From Candidatus Doudnabacteria bacterium RIFCSPHIGHO2_12_FULL_48_16 (lineage in GTDB: Bacteria > Patescibacteriota > Doudnabacteria > UBA920 > O2-02-FULL-48-8), in assembly GCA_001780035.1 (NCBI GenBank), contig MFEY01000004.1:10399-74398 (forward strand): 64,000 nucleotides of DNA, in the 5' to 3' direction. Below, in pieces: positions 1-9,034 of the stretch (positions are counted from its first letter, which is position 1; the number at the start of each line of letters is the position of its first letter). The notes beneath the pieces are model-generated. The model saw nothing but the letters and a program-made list of their open reading frames with translations, had not been told where the DNA came from and searched no databases. Made by a program: the position numbers and the translations under genes.

Positions 1-121
1 CAAAGGCAGCAATAATCAAAACCAAGGTCGAGAGGCCAAAAAAAAGCGGAAAGCGGCTCGTGCCAAATAAAAGCAAAAACAGCAAAACCGCCAAAGTTAT
101 GGAAAAAATTCTAGTAAACAT
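1..121 (-). CDS. Partial CDS. N-terminus of a hydrophobic membrane protein; start at 121, continues off the window
   Basis: Reverse complement of 1-121 reads MFTRIFSITLAVLLFLLLFG... with no stop before the window edge. Confidence 0.3.
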   Translation of the reverse strand, partial: MFTRIFSITLAVLLFLLLFGTSRFPLFFGLSTLVLIIAAF

Positions 122-154
122 ACTTTATAACCATACCATTTTTCGGCCGAAAAA

Positions 155-961
155 TCAATCTTTTTTTAACCTCAAAAGCATGATTGCCGAAATGATCAGA
201 ACGCTGACGGCCGTAACCTGATCAACCCGAATGCCGTGTATCCAAAAACTATCGTTGCGAATCGCTTCCACCCCAAACCGGGCCAGCGAATATAACCCCA
301 AATAAGTCCAGCCTATTGCGCCGGGCCGGGTCCGGCCAATAAATTTTAACAGGATCAAAAAGATTATTATATCCGCAGCCGCCTCATACAAAAACGCCGG
401 GTGGACAAACTGGCCGTTAACCAGCATTTTCCAGGGCAAAGCGGTTGGAGTGCCAAAGGCTTCCTGGTTAAAAAAATTGCCGAACCGGCCCACGGCCTGG
501 GCCAGCGGCACCGACAGGGCGACCAGATCAAACAGTTGGTAAAAACTGTAGGCTTTTTTTCGGCTATAGATGACGGTAAAAATTAGTCCCGCGATCAGGC
601 CGCCGTAGATGGAGATGCCGCCGTGCCAAATTCTGTAAATTTCGGATAAATTCTGGCCGAAATAACTCCAATTAAACCCCACATAATAGATGCGGGCGCC
701 CAAAAAACCAACAATGACCGCCCAAAAAGTATAATCATCCACTGCCTGCTTACTGATGCCAAAACGCCAGGATAGGTGTCGGGCACAAAAATAGGCGCTG
801 GCAATTGCCAAGCCCATGGTCAAGCCATACAAGCGCAAATGAAAAAACCCAGCATCAATGACAGGGTTAATCACGAGATTGCCACTAAATGCTGGAATAA
901 AAACAAAATAAATTAGCAGAAGCGCTGCTAGTGTTGAAAGCGGCCAAATAAATTTTCTCAT
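155..961 (-). CDS. lgt: Prolipoprotein diacylglyceryl transferase
   Basis: GRFGNFFNQEAFG signature and multi-TM. The likely start is the internal Met MRKFIWPL at about 961, which avoids overlap with the next gene. Confidence 0.85.
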   Translation of the reverse strand: MRKFIWPLSTLAALLLIYFVFIPAFSGNLVINPVIDAGFFHLRLYGLTMGLAIASAYFCARHLSWRFGISKQAVDDYTFWAVIVGFLGARIYYVGFNWSYFGQNLSEIYRIWHGGISIYGGLIAGLIFTVIYSRKKAYSFYQLFDLVALSVPLAQAVGRFGNFFNQEAFGTPTALPWKMLVNGQFVHPAFLYEAAADIIIFLILLKFIGRTRPGAIGWTYLGLYSLARFGVEAIRNDSFWIHGIRVDQVTAVSVLIISAIMLLRLKKD

Positions 962-974
962 AGGTTCCTTCCAA

Positions 975-1553
975 TTAAAACAGGCTCGCCTGTTTGGCCG
1001 CCGGCTTTCGGGCGGCTGGTTCGACAAACTTGACCTGAATTTCCCGGGTTTCAAAATAATCTTTATAGATCAGCTTATTGTATTTAAGCACATAGTCGTA
1101 GATTTCTTTGGTGATCTTCACATCATCCAGACAATACTTTTTCAGCTCTTCCAGCTGGCCCAGCTTCCAAAACTTCAAAGCTTGCAGGCCATCGCCGGAC
1201 TTGCCGACGCCCAAAGTCATTTGCGCCAAATTGTCCAATTTAACACGGTGGCCGATTATTTTTTCCACTTCCTCCAGAATATCCAGATAAGGCAGTTCTG
1301 AAAGTTTAAAATTCAAATACGGCTGCAGCACCTGGAAGTCAAAATTCTTAATGTTAAATCCGATGATCTGGTCGGCCTCGGACAGCATTTCGCCTAATTT
1401 ATGCATCTGGTCTTCGGCAAAAGCCAAATATTTATTTTGCGGATAGGAATAAATCCCGCAGACGGAAACTTTCAGCAGATGGTTTTTGCCAAATCCCCCG
1501 ACATCTTCAAAGGACTTCTGTGTCTCCAGATCTAATACAATTTTATTGAGCAT
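975..1553 (-). CDS. DEDDy-type 3'-5' exonuclease domain protein
   Basis: Exo motifs LDLETQ (DxE), GFNIKNFDFQVL and YCLDDVKITKEIYDY (YxxxD). Confidence 0.6.
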   Translation of the reverse strand: MLNKIVLDLETQKSFEDVGGFGKNHLLKVSVCGIYSYPQNKYLAFAEDQMHKLGEMLSEADQIIGFNIKNFDFQVLQPYLNFKLSELPYLDILEEVEKIIGHRVKLDNLAQMTLGVGKSGDGLQALKFWKLGQLEELKKYCLDDVKITKEIYDYVLKYNKLIYKDYFETREIQVKFVEPAARKPAAKQASLF

Positions 1554-1684
1554 TTTGTTATCTGTTATCTAGTCTATGTTGTCTGCCTTACCAATTATAG
1601 CACAATCGATTTTAGATAAAATAAGCTCCGGTTTGGTAAAAAATATCTTTTCTGTTATAATATTGAGGCAATTTTTAAATTTTT

Positions 1685-3091
1685 ATGACACGCACACTCA
1701 TCAAAGACACTGCCAACAAGGTTGGCGAAATGGTTTTGATCAAAGGCTGGGTTAATATCCGCCGCGATCACGGCAAACTGATCTTTTTGGATATCCGCGA
1801 CCGATCCGGGCTCATTCAGGTGGTGATCAATCCAAAAGTTTCCGCTGAAGCCCATCAAGCCGCTTCGGAACTGCGCAACGAATTTGTCGTCGAACTGGAA
1901 GGCATGATCAATCCCCGCTCCGAAAAGCAAATCAACGCGCATTTAGAAACTGGCAAGATTGAAATGGAAGTTACCAGACTTGAGATTTTAAGCCACGCCA
2001 AAAATTTACCTTTCGAAATCAACGAAGACACACGCAAGGTCAACGAGGAAATGCGGATGAAGTTCCGCTACCTCGATTTGAAATCCGAACGCATGGCCAA
2101 GAACATGCGCCTGCGCTTCAAAGCGGCCGGATTAGTCCGCGAATACCTGACCAAAGAAGGATTTGTCGAAATCGAAACTCCAATGCTGACCAAATCCTCG
2201 CCCGAAGGCGCGAGAGACTTTTTGGTTCCCTCCCGCCTGCAACCAGGAAACTTTTACGCCTTGCCCCAAGCCCCCCAGCAATACAAGCAACTGCTCATGA
2301 TTGCGGGGATCGAAAGATATTTCCAAATGGCCCGCGCCATGCGGGATGAAGATTTGCGCGGCGACCGCCAATTGGAACACACCCAGATCGATTTGGAAAT
2401 GTCATTTGTCAAAGAACGCGATGTCTTGGATCTCGTGGAAGGCCTGATGATTCATGTGGCAGAATCGTGCGGCAAAAAGATTTGGAAGAAGCCTTTCCCG
2501 GTTTTTACCCACGAAGAAGCCGTAACGCAATTCGGCGCGGATAAATTCGATTTGCGTGGGCCTGACAAAGATCCTAATGTAATGGCCTTTGCCTGGGTCG
2601 TGGATTTCCCGCTTTTGGAATGGGATGAAGACGAGAAGCGCTACACCTTTGCTCATAATCCTTTTTCCGCGCCTAAAGCTGAACACGTCGAAAAGCTCAT
2701 GAAGGGCGAGGATTTGCCGAACTTGCGGGCCCAACAGTACGACTTGGTTTGCAATGGCTTTGAATTAGCGTCCGGCGGTGTCCGCATCTCGGACCCGACC
2801 GTCCAGCGCAAAGTCTTTGAAATCATGGGGCTCACGCCAGAACAAACCGAAGAGCGCTTTGGTCATTTGATCGCGGCTTACGAATACGGAGCGCCCCCGC
2901 ATGCCGGCATGGCTCCGGGATTTGACCGCCTCGTCATGTTGCTAGCGAATGAAGAAAACATTCGTGAAGTTATTGCCTTCCCAGTCAATTCCTCGGGCCG
3001 CACTTCAGTTATGGATGCACCGTCCCCGGCGACAGACAAACAATTGAAAGATCTTCATATCAAGGTTGATTTACCCAAAGACAAGAAATAA
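1685..3091 (+). CDS. aspS: Aspartate--tRNA ligase, short form lacking the GAD insertion; probably non-discriminating
   Basis: Class II motifs FYALPQAPQQYKQLLM and GMAPGFDRLVMLL. Length 468 aa. gatB is present in the window. Confidence 0.85.
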   Translation: MTRTLIKDTANKVGEMVLIKGWVNIRRDHGKLIFLDIRDRSGLIQVVINPKVSAEAHQAASELRNEFVVELEGMINPRSEKQINAHLETGKIEMEVTRLEILSHAKNLPFEINEDTRKVNEEMRMKFRYLDLKSERMAKNMRLRFKAAGLVREYLTKEGFVEIETPMLTKSSPEGARDFLVPSRLQPGNFYALPQAPQQYKQLLMIAGIERYFQMARAMRDEDLRGDRQLEHTQIDLEMSFVKERDVLDLVEGLMIHVAESCGKKIWKKPFPVFTHEEAVTQFGADKFDLRGPDKDPNVMAFAWVVDFPLLEWDEDEKRYTFAHNPFSAPKAEHVEKLMKGEDLPNLRAQQYDLVCNGFELASGGVRISDPTVQRKVFEIMGLTPEQTEERFGHLIAAYEYGAPPHAGMAPGFDRLVMLLANEENIREVIAFPVNSSGRTSVMDAPSPATDKQLKDLHIKVDLPKDKK

Positions 3092-3274
3092 ATGCGCCCT
3101 TATAGAATTGTCCAAGTATTCATAATTATTTTCACTGCTGTAATAGCACTGGTATTAGCAATAAATTATTTACTGGATGGATACGTAAAAGAAGGCGTGT
3201 TGGCCATAGTGGCTGAATTAATAATTCTGAGCATCTTTGTTTGGAACTATAAATACTACTTTCATCGAAATTAA
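3092..3274 (+). CDS. Small hydrophobic membrane protein (hypothetical)
   Basis: 60-aa ORF with two predicted TM helices, directly after aspS. Confidence 0.3.
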   Translation: MRPYRIVQVFIIIFTAVIALVLAINYLLDGYVKEGVLAIVAELIILSIFVWNYKYYFHRN

Positions 3275-3385
3275 AAAATAGCACCATTGCGAGAAGGCGA
3301 ATACTTAAGTGCTAATTTTGTCGCCGACGAAGCAATCTTATCAAAGATCGCCACGCGCCTGCGGCGCTCGCGATGGTTAAACCTT

Positions 3386-3850
3386 ATGATCTCCAAACCC
3401 CTAGAAAAATTACTGAAACAAAGCAAAGTTAAATATGAAATCGTAGAACATCGCAAAGTCTATACGGCTTTTGATTCGGCGGAAACCCAGGATCTGAAGC
3501 TTGGCGAAGTCGCCAAAGCGGTTTTATTGAAGGGAAAGAAAAATCTTTATCTCGCCGTGCTCCCGGCTGGCAATAACTGTGACTTCAAGGCCTTGGACAA
3601 ACTGGCTGGGGATAAATTATCCATGGCGAAAGAAAGCGATATCAAGAACAAACTAAAAACCAAGATCGGCTTGATCCCGCCATTTGGCTCATTGTTCAAA
3701 CTGCCGGTATTTCTGGATAAGAAACTCTTGAAGAACAAAAAAATCAATCTCCCGGCCGGATCCTACACAGAATCTGTGGTTATGACGATTAAGGATTATA
3801 TAAAACTGGAAAACCCGATCGCCGGTAACTTTAGTGTCAAGAAAGGCTAG
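3386..3850 (+). CDS. YbaK/ProX-type aminoacyl-tRNA deacylase domain protein
   Basis: VEHRKVYTAFDSAE, KAVLLKG, IGLIPPFG motifs. Probable start at internal Met MISKPL. Confidence 0.65.
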   Translation: MISKPLEKLLKQSKVKYEIVEHRKVYTAFDSAETQDLKLGEVAKAVLLKGKKNLYLAVLPAGNNCDFKALDKLAGDKLSMAKESDIKNKLKTKIGLIPPFGSLFKLPVFLDKKLLKNKKINLPAGSYTESVVMTIKDYIKLENPIAGNFSVKKG

Positions 3851-3857
3851 CCTCGCA

Positions 3858-3878
3858 ATCCTGAATTTAATTCAGGAT
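3858..3878. terminator. Palindromic hairpin ATCCTGAATTtaAATTCAGGAT downstream of the deacylase gene
   Basis: Perfect 10-bp inverted repeat. Confidence 0.45.
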
Positions 3879-3928
3879 CTCTCCTAAAATTCCGAATCAA
3901 GTCCAGAATTGCGTATTTTCAAAAGTAA

Positions 3929-4642
3929 ATGCAAATCAAAACCGCACAATTTGAAGGCCCGCTGGATCTGCTGCTGCAGTTGATTCAAGAGCAGCGTATG
4001 GATATTTCGACCGTTGCCTTGGCCGGCGTAACCGAGCAATTCCTCTCTTACGTTAAAAATTTACAGAATAAAAACCCAGTCAACCTGGCGGATTTCCTGA
4101 TCATTGCGGCCAAACTCCTGGTCATTAAATCCAAATCCCTGCTCCCCAACCTGGAATTGGGCATTGAGGACGAAGAGGCGGCCTTTGATCTGACCGCCCA
4201 GCTACTGACATACAAAAAATTCAAAGAAGTCGCCAAATTTCTGCGGCGATTGGATTTTAAACACAAACAGTCTTGGACCCGGGATGTGGATTTTCTCGAT
4301 AAAATCACATTTGTCCCCGATCCCGATGCCGACATTCAAGCATTGGCCAACAGCCTTAGGACCCTGGCGGCCGAACTCAAAGACATCGTGCGGCTGCCGC
4401 AACAGGTCATGAAAGAGATAGTTTCAATATCGGATAAAATCGCCCATATTCAAAAATTGATTTCGGAAAAGATTGAGACCTCCCTCTCCTCTCTCCTGAA
4501 AGAAGCCAGGACCAAAACCGAGGTAATCGTAACTTTCCTGGCGCTGCTCGAACTGACCAAGCAAAAAGTTTTAACAATCGAACAAAGCGAAGCCTTTGCG
4601 GACATTATGATCAAAAAACGCGAACCAAATGAATCGGCTTAA
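3929..4642 (+). CDS. scpA: Segregation and condensation protein A
   Basis: FEGPLDLLLQLI N-terminal signature. Overlaps scpB. Confidence 0.85.
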   Translation: MQIKTAQFEGPLDLLLQLIQEQRMDISTVALAGVTEQFLSYVKNLQNKNPVNLADFLIIAAKLLVIKSKSLLPNLELGIEDEEAAFDLTAQLLTYKKFKEVAKFLRRLDFKHKQSWTRDVDFLDKITFVPDPDADIQALANSLRTLAAELKDIVRLPQQVMKEIVSISDKIAHIQKLISEKIETSLSSLLKEARTKTEVIVTFLALLELTKQKVLTIEQSEAFADIMIKKREPNESA

Positions 4643-5189
4643 ATCCCAAATTTTATCAATTCTGTTCGTCGCCTCGAAGCCCGTTGGCCTAAAAGAGCTG
4701 GCCGACGCCTTGGAAACAGAGGAGGCCCAAATCAAACAGGCGGTGACGGAGATCGTGGCCGGCAATCAAAATTCCGGCATTATCTTGCTGGCCCACAACA
4801 ACAAATTGCAGCTATCTTCCAATCCCGACAACAGTTCGCAAGTCAAAAAATTCTTATCCCTCGAGCTGCGGGAAAAACTCACCGATGCCTCGCTTGAAAC
4901 CCTGGCGATCATTCTTTACAAACAGCCGGTGTCCAAAGCCGAGATAGAAAATATCCGCGGCGTCAATTCCCAATACTCCCTCCGGCATTTGCTGATTCGC
5001 GGCTTAATTGAAAAAATCCCTTCTCCTTCGGACAAGCGGATACAGCTTTACAAAACCACTCTGGAATTCATGCAGCATCTCGGGATAAAGGATATGAAAG
5101 AATTGCCGGATTTTGACGAGTTAACCAAAGGGATTGAGCTTTCGCCAAAAGTCGAAAGCTTTCAGGCATTAGAAAACAATGCTATCTAA
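4629..5189 (+). CDS. scpB: Segregation and condensation protein B
   Basis: Tandem winged-helix ScpB-like sequence (LETLAIILYKQPVSKAEIENIRGV), directly after scpA. Confidence 0.8.
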   Translation: MNRLKSQILSILFVASKPVGLKELADALETEEAQIKQAVTEIVAGNQNSGIILLAHNNKLQLSSNPDNSSQVKKFLSLELREKLTDASLETLAIILYKQPVSKAEIENIRGVNSQYSLRHLLIRGLIEKIPSPSDKRIQLYKTTLEFMQHLGIKDMKELPDFDELTKGIELSPKVESFQALENNAI

Positions 5190-5243
5190 AGATTTCCTGA
5201 CTCTTTTAGGCATTCTAGCTATGATTAGGCGGCATCAAATCAA

Positions 5244-5267
5244 CCCGGCCTCTCGCGAAAGGCGGGG
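5244..5267. terminator. Hairpin CCCGGCCTCTCGCGAAAGGCGGGG, a CGCGAG-loop terminator family
   Basis: Near-identical to the hairpin at 11678 and related to the one at 37846. Confidence 0.5.
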
Positions 5268-5283
5268 TTATCGTTGATAGTGA

Positions 5284-5466
5284 TTAGTAGCTAAAACGTT
5301 CTCTTAGGTTAAAAAGGCAGATCTTGGCCACTTGTTCGACTGCTGCGTCATGGTAAGTCTGCAGCAAATTCTTGACCCAGCGTTCAAATTCGCGAAACGC
5401 CTTTTTACTGTTTACTTGTTGGGCTTTATCTTTAATTTCATAGAGAAGCAGCAGTGGTGTAGACAT
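5284..5466 (-). CDS. Small helical hypothetical protein
   Basis: 60-aa ORF with a plausible amphipathic sequence; no homology recognised. Confidence 0.25.
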   Translation of the reverse strand: MSTPLLLLYEIKDKAQQVNSKKAFREFERWVKNLLQTYHDAAVEQVAKICLFNLRERFSY

Positions 5467-5540
5467 ATATTTTATTTATTTCTTAATGATGAGTCTTTTT
5501 CTAATCGATAGGGACGGCGTATTGTTACACTTGAATTTTA

Positions 5541-6545
5541 TCACTCTATTTTACCCGAAAGCAAGTCCTTGGCCAGGGCCCACATTCCCCAATCATTATG
5601 CTGTTTGGCCAGCCAATACCACCATTCCACTCCCCAAAGATAATTGTCATGAAACCCAGCGGCTTTCGCATATTCGATATTCTCGCGGAAGACCTTGGGA
5701 TTCATAAGAGCCATCTGAGTATTAAGGTCAATTTTGCTGACTGAGTCCGAAAGCCAAGGCTCGGCCTGCAACTCCACGCCGATCAGATTGCGCATGGGCG
5801 TAAAAGTTTGAACGACCCCGGCCTTGATTCGAAAAAATGCCGGCGGCAGAGGGTAGCGAAAATATCCGGTAAAATCATTGCGGACCACCCGATACATAGT
5901 TGTTCCAAACAAGTCCGCCCCGGTGGTTGCGGTTGGGAGCCAACGGCCAAACTCCCCGCTATCGGCCACCATAACGGGCCGGCTATCCAATGATTTCACC
6001 AAAGCTATTTCTTCTTTCAAAAAATCCCGGTTGGCTTTTGGGCACATTTCGCCAAATCCAAACAATGGTTCATTCTGAACTTGCCAAATTTTAACCGCTT
6101 CAAAAGATTTAAAATGATTAATGGCCGCAACGACCATTTCAAGCTCAGCATTCTGCTGCTCAAATTCCGATAAGTCCCTGGCCCACGAAGGGACGTGGCA
6201 CTCGGGCCAACGGGGTTGTTTTTTACCGACGACCAAAATGACTTCGGTATCATATTGTCGGGCTAAATTTAAAAAATCATCAATTTCGGCAAAATCATAG
6301 GTGCCTCGCTGGCGTTCGATCTGGTTCCAATAGGCACTAAGGCGAATTTTGTCCGGTTTTAAATCGGACAAGATATCCAAATACAGCTGCCGAGGATCGA
6401 ATCCCAGTTCCCTAGCCCGGGATTGAGAAAAATTCAGGCCCCAGCTAAACTCAGTAGCCGGTTGAAATTGATGATAGAAAAAAATCCCAGCCGCCAGGAA
6501 AACTAAAACGATAAAACCTGATAATTTTAAATACTTATGCTTCAT
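5541..6545 (-). CDS. Membrane-anchored glycoside hydrolase, clan GH-A (GH5-like) TIM barrel
   Basis: N-terminal TM, QVQNEP catalytic-acid-type motif, W/Y-rich barrel. Confidence 0.55.
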   Translation of the reverse strand: MKHKYLKLSGFIVLVFLAAGIFFYHQFQPATEFSWGLNFSQSRARELGFDPRQLYLDILSDLKPDKIRLSAYWNQIERQRGTYDFAEIDDFLNLARQYDTEVILVVGKKQPRWPECHVPSWARDLSEFEQQNAELEMVVAAINHFKSFEAVKIWQVQNEPLFGFGEMCPKANRDFLKEEIALVKSLDSRPVMVADSGEFGRWLPTATTGADLFGTTMYRVVRNDFTGYFRYPLPPAFFRIKAGVVQTFTPMRNLIGVELQAEPWLSDSVSKIDLNTQMALMNPKVFRENIEYAKAAGFHDNYLWGVEWWYWLAKQHNDWGMWALAKDLLSGKIE

Positions 6546-6651
6546 CCCGTTAGAAATAGTGATTAGTTAATAATTAGAATCTTTATACTGGAACCCGTTC
6601 AGTTCTATTTTGGTCATAAATCAAACTACGTAAAATTTCTAACGGGACTCA
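6546..6651 (-). repeat. Inverted-repeat element copy a (CCCGTTAGAAAT...ATTTCTAACGGG). It fills the gap between the transporter stop and the GH5 ATG
   Basis: The first 26 nt are identical to copy b at 52458. The arm abuts the ATG. Confidence 0.7.
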
Positions 6652-7542
6652 TAGACTAAGAAATACCAAGCCAGTTGTAATTAAAGCGATGGCAATAATT
6701 TTTTGCGCCAGAATACTGCCGGTAATATCTTCTTTCAAAATCTTGGGGTAAAATTCGGAAAACACGATACCCAACAGCAGCACGAACACAAATTGAACCC
6801 CCTGGAGAGCATTAACAATCACAACGCTGCCGAGCGCTATCGCGTAATTTTGAAGCAAACTGCCGGCGGCGCCGGCCATATGGGACGAATAAAACAAAAA
6901 TTTACTTTGTTTTGATGTCTGTCTCGGGGCGGCCATAATATCATGGCGGGTTTTCGGGCTGAGCAACAATAAGGCTGCCCCCAGCGCTAATCCCAACCGA
7001 GTCCAAATCAAACCGGAAATAAAATTAGTTTCATTATATATATATTTGGTCAGAATGAAGGAGACTGCAAATAAAAATGCGGCCAGGACCATATCGCGCC
7101 AGCCCAAGGCGTGCCAGCCGGTCTTGGTCTTTTTGAAATCAATCACAACGGCGCCAATCACAAGTAAAGCAAACGCCAATAGCTGGGTGTGGTTTAGGCT
7201 ATCCAGGCCGGTAAAGTAAGCCAAAATCAGAGTAAAAAACGGAACCAGCCCGCCCTCAATCGGCAAAATTCTCGAAATGCTGGCGCGCTGGATCGACAAA
7301 TAGAAAAAATATAATGCAAAGGTAAACGCGATACCGGCGAGCGCGGCAACCAGATAATTGGCCGGAGTCAAGGCGTGGATGCCGAAGGGCAATAATGCCA
7401 GAACGGCCAGACTGCTGATTCCCACATAAAAAGCATAAACCCCGGGGTTGCCGATTCTTTTGGTCAGCAAAAATTTATCAGCCACGCCATTAACGGCCAA
7501 TAAAATATAAGCGATAACGGCAATCAAAATCCAGGAGACCAT
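6649..7542 (-). CDS. DMT/EamA-like 10-TM transporter
   Basis: Duplicated 5-TM hydrophobic architecture. Confidence 0.5.
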   Translation of the reverse strand: MVSWILIAVIAYILLAVNGVADKFLLTKRIGNPGVYAFYVGISSLAVLALLPFGIHALTPANYLVAALAGIAFTFALYFFYLSIQRASISRILPIEGGLVPFFTLILAYFTGLDSLNHTQLLAFALLVIGAVVIDFKKTKTGWHALGWRDMVLAAFLFAVSFILTKYIYNETNFISGLIWTRLGLALGAALLLLSPKTRHDIMAAPRQTSKQSKFLFYSSHMAGAAGSLLQNYAIALGSVVIVNALQGVQFVFVLLLGIVFSEFYPKILKEDITGSILAQKIIAIALITTGLVFLSL

Positions 7543-8766
7543 TTAGTTAAATTTAATTTCCTTAAATATTTCGGCTGAGGGACGGATTTTGCGCTCTTGA
7601 GTCGCATAATTGACTTCAATCAAGCCGAAGCGCGGCCCAAATCCGTCATGCCATTCATAATTATCGGTCAGCGACCAGTGGAAATAGCCCCGCAGATCAA
7701 CTCCTTGATCCAGGGCTTTGGTCAGCCAAGACAGCGTCTCACTCAAAAATTTTGGCCGGCGGGTATCAGCCGCGTCCGCCAAGCCGTTTTCCGTAATGTA
7801 AATCGGTTTTTTATATGTTTTTAGATCCAAAAGCAAATGATAAATTCCTTCCGGGTGCAGAACCCAGCCCATATCGGAACGGCTCAGCTGATCATCCAGT
7901 TTCATTTGGCCGTAAGTGAAGTTGCGGTTCATTTCATCCATGCCGTGCCGCCAACTGAATTTACACCGGTTATAAAAATAATAATTGAGTCCGATAAAAT
8001 CCTGATACTGTTCGATTTTTTGCAGAAAATAGTGATTGCCGATCCGGTCGGCGATGTAGGCCGTGAGCCGGTCAAGCAAATTATTTTTTCCATAGGCTTC
8101 AAAATAGGCGAAATTTTTGGCAATGCCGATCGGCACCGGACCCAGCGCCTGCTTAATGGCTCTGTAGCCAGCTTTGTGCGCTTCGATTAAGTTGTCCACC
8201 ACCTTGCGGGTCAACAACAGATTTTTCTTAAACGGCGGATGATGGCCCCGCTTATAGGAAGCCATGGCGTAAACTTCCGGTTCATTGAGCGTGACCCAAA
8301 GATCGATTTCCTTGCCCAAATTCTGCGCCACGAACCAAGCATACCGGCCAAACGCCTCAATACCCTCTTTTGTCTCAAACCCCCCTTTATCCGCCAGCCA
8401 TTGGGGCAAAGTCCAATGCCACAGAGTGACCATGCGGGTCAGCCCCTGCTCCTTCATTGACTGCAAAACCTTTTTATAGTGTTCAATGGCCTTGCTGTCC
8501 CAGCGGCCTTCCTTCGGCTCAATCCTGGCCCATTCAATCGAAATTCGCATGGCATTGAGGCCAATGCTCCTGGCCAAGCCAAAATCTTCCGGATACCGGT
8601 TGTAATGATCGCAAGCGGCACCGGATTTGGGTAGTTTGCCCGCCTGCTCCCAATGCCACCAATCCGAATTGATGTTGTTGCCCTCAACCTGGTGCGCGCT
8701 GGCAGCGGCACCCATTAAAAAATCGTTTGGAAATTGAAATTTTGTTTCCTGACTTGGGGTTTCCAT
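7543..8766 (-). CDS. GH1 family beta-glucosidase/beta-galactosidase
   Basis: TLNEP acid/base and ITENG nucleophile motifs; HWSLTDNYEW. Confidence 0.85.
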   Translation of the reverse strand: METPSQETKFQFPNDFLMGAAASAHQVEGNNINSDWWHWEQAGKLPKSGAACDHYNRYPEDFGLARSIGLNAMRISIEWARIEPKEGRWDSKAIEHYKKVLQSMKEQGLTRMVTLWHWTLPQWLADKGGFETKEGIEAFGRYAWFVAQNLGKEIDLWVTLNEPEVYAMASYKRGHHPPFKKNLLLTRKVVDNLIEAHKAGYRAIKQALGPVPIGIAKNFAYFEAYGKNNLLDRLTAYIADRIGNHYFLQKIEQYQDFIGLNYYFYNRCKFSWRHGMDEMNRNFTYGQMKLDDQLSRSDMGWVLHPEGIYHLLLDLKTYKKPIYITENGLADAADTRRPKFLSETLSWLTKALDQGVDLRGYFHWSLTDNYEWHDGFGPRFGLIEVNYATQERKIRPSAEIFKEIKFN

Positions 8767-8852
8767 AGCTCTTTAATTATACCATTTTTACCGAAAAAAC
8801 CGAACCGTCGTGTCAATACAAAAAACCCGATCGTCAAATCGGATTTTTTGTC

Positions 8853-8927
8853 TGGTGACCTCACAGGGAATCGAACCCTGATTCTAGCGTTGAGAACGCT
8901 ATGTCCTAACCGTTAGACGATGAGGCC
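8853..8927 (-). tRNA. tRNA-Glu (anticodon CTC)
   Basis: Cloverleaf reconstructed by hand: acceptor GGCCTCA/TGAGGTC, T-loop GGTTCGATTCC, anticodon loop TTCTCAA, encoded CCA. Confidence 0.8.
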
Positions 8928-8955
8928 TTAATCTACAGCTAATTATACGATTTTA
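8907..8955. repeat. Direct repeat copy A (22 nt of the tRNA-Glu 5' end plus about 27 nt of flank)
   Basis: TAACCGTTAGACGATGAGGCCT is identical at 10668-10689; the flank is about 75% identical. Confidence 0.7.
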
Positions 8956-8981
8956 TACAATTTACATCAATAACCAAAAAA

Positions 8982-9003
8982 CCCTCCGGTGATTACGGGA
9001 GGG
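8982..9003. terminator. Hairpin CCCTCCGgtgattaCGGGAGGG flanking the island ORF
   Basis: Near-duplicate of the hairpin at 10452-10472. Confidence 0.5.
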
Positions 9004-9034
9004 TTTTGTTTTTCGGTCTGGATTAACAGAATTA

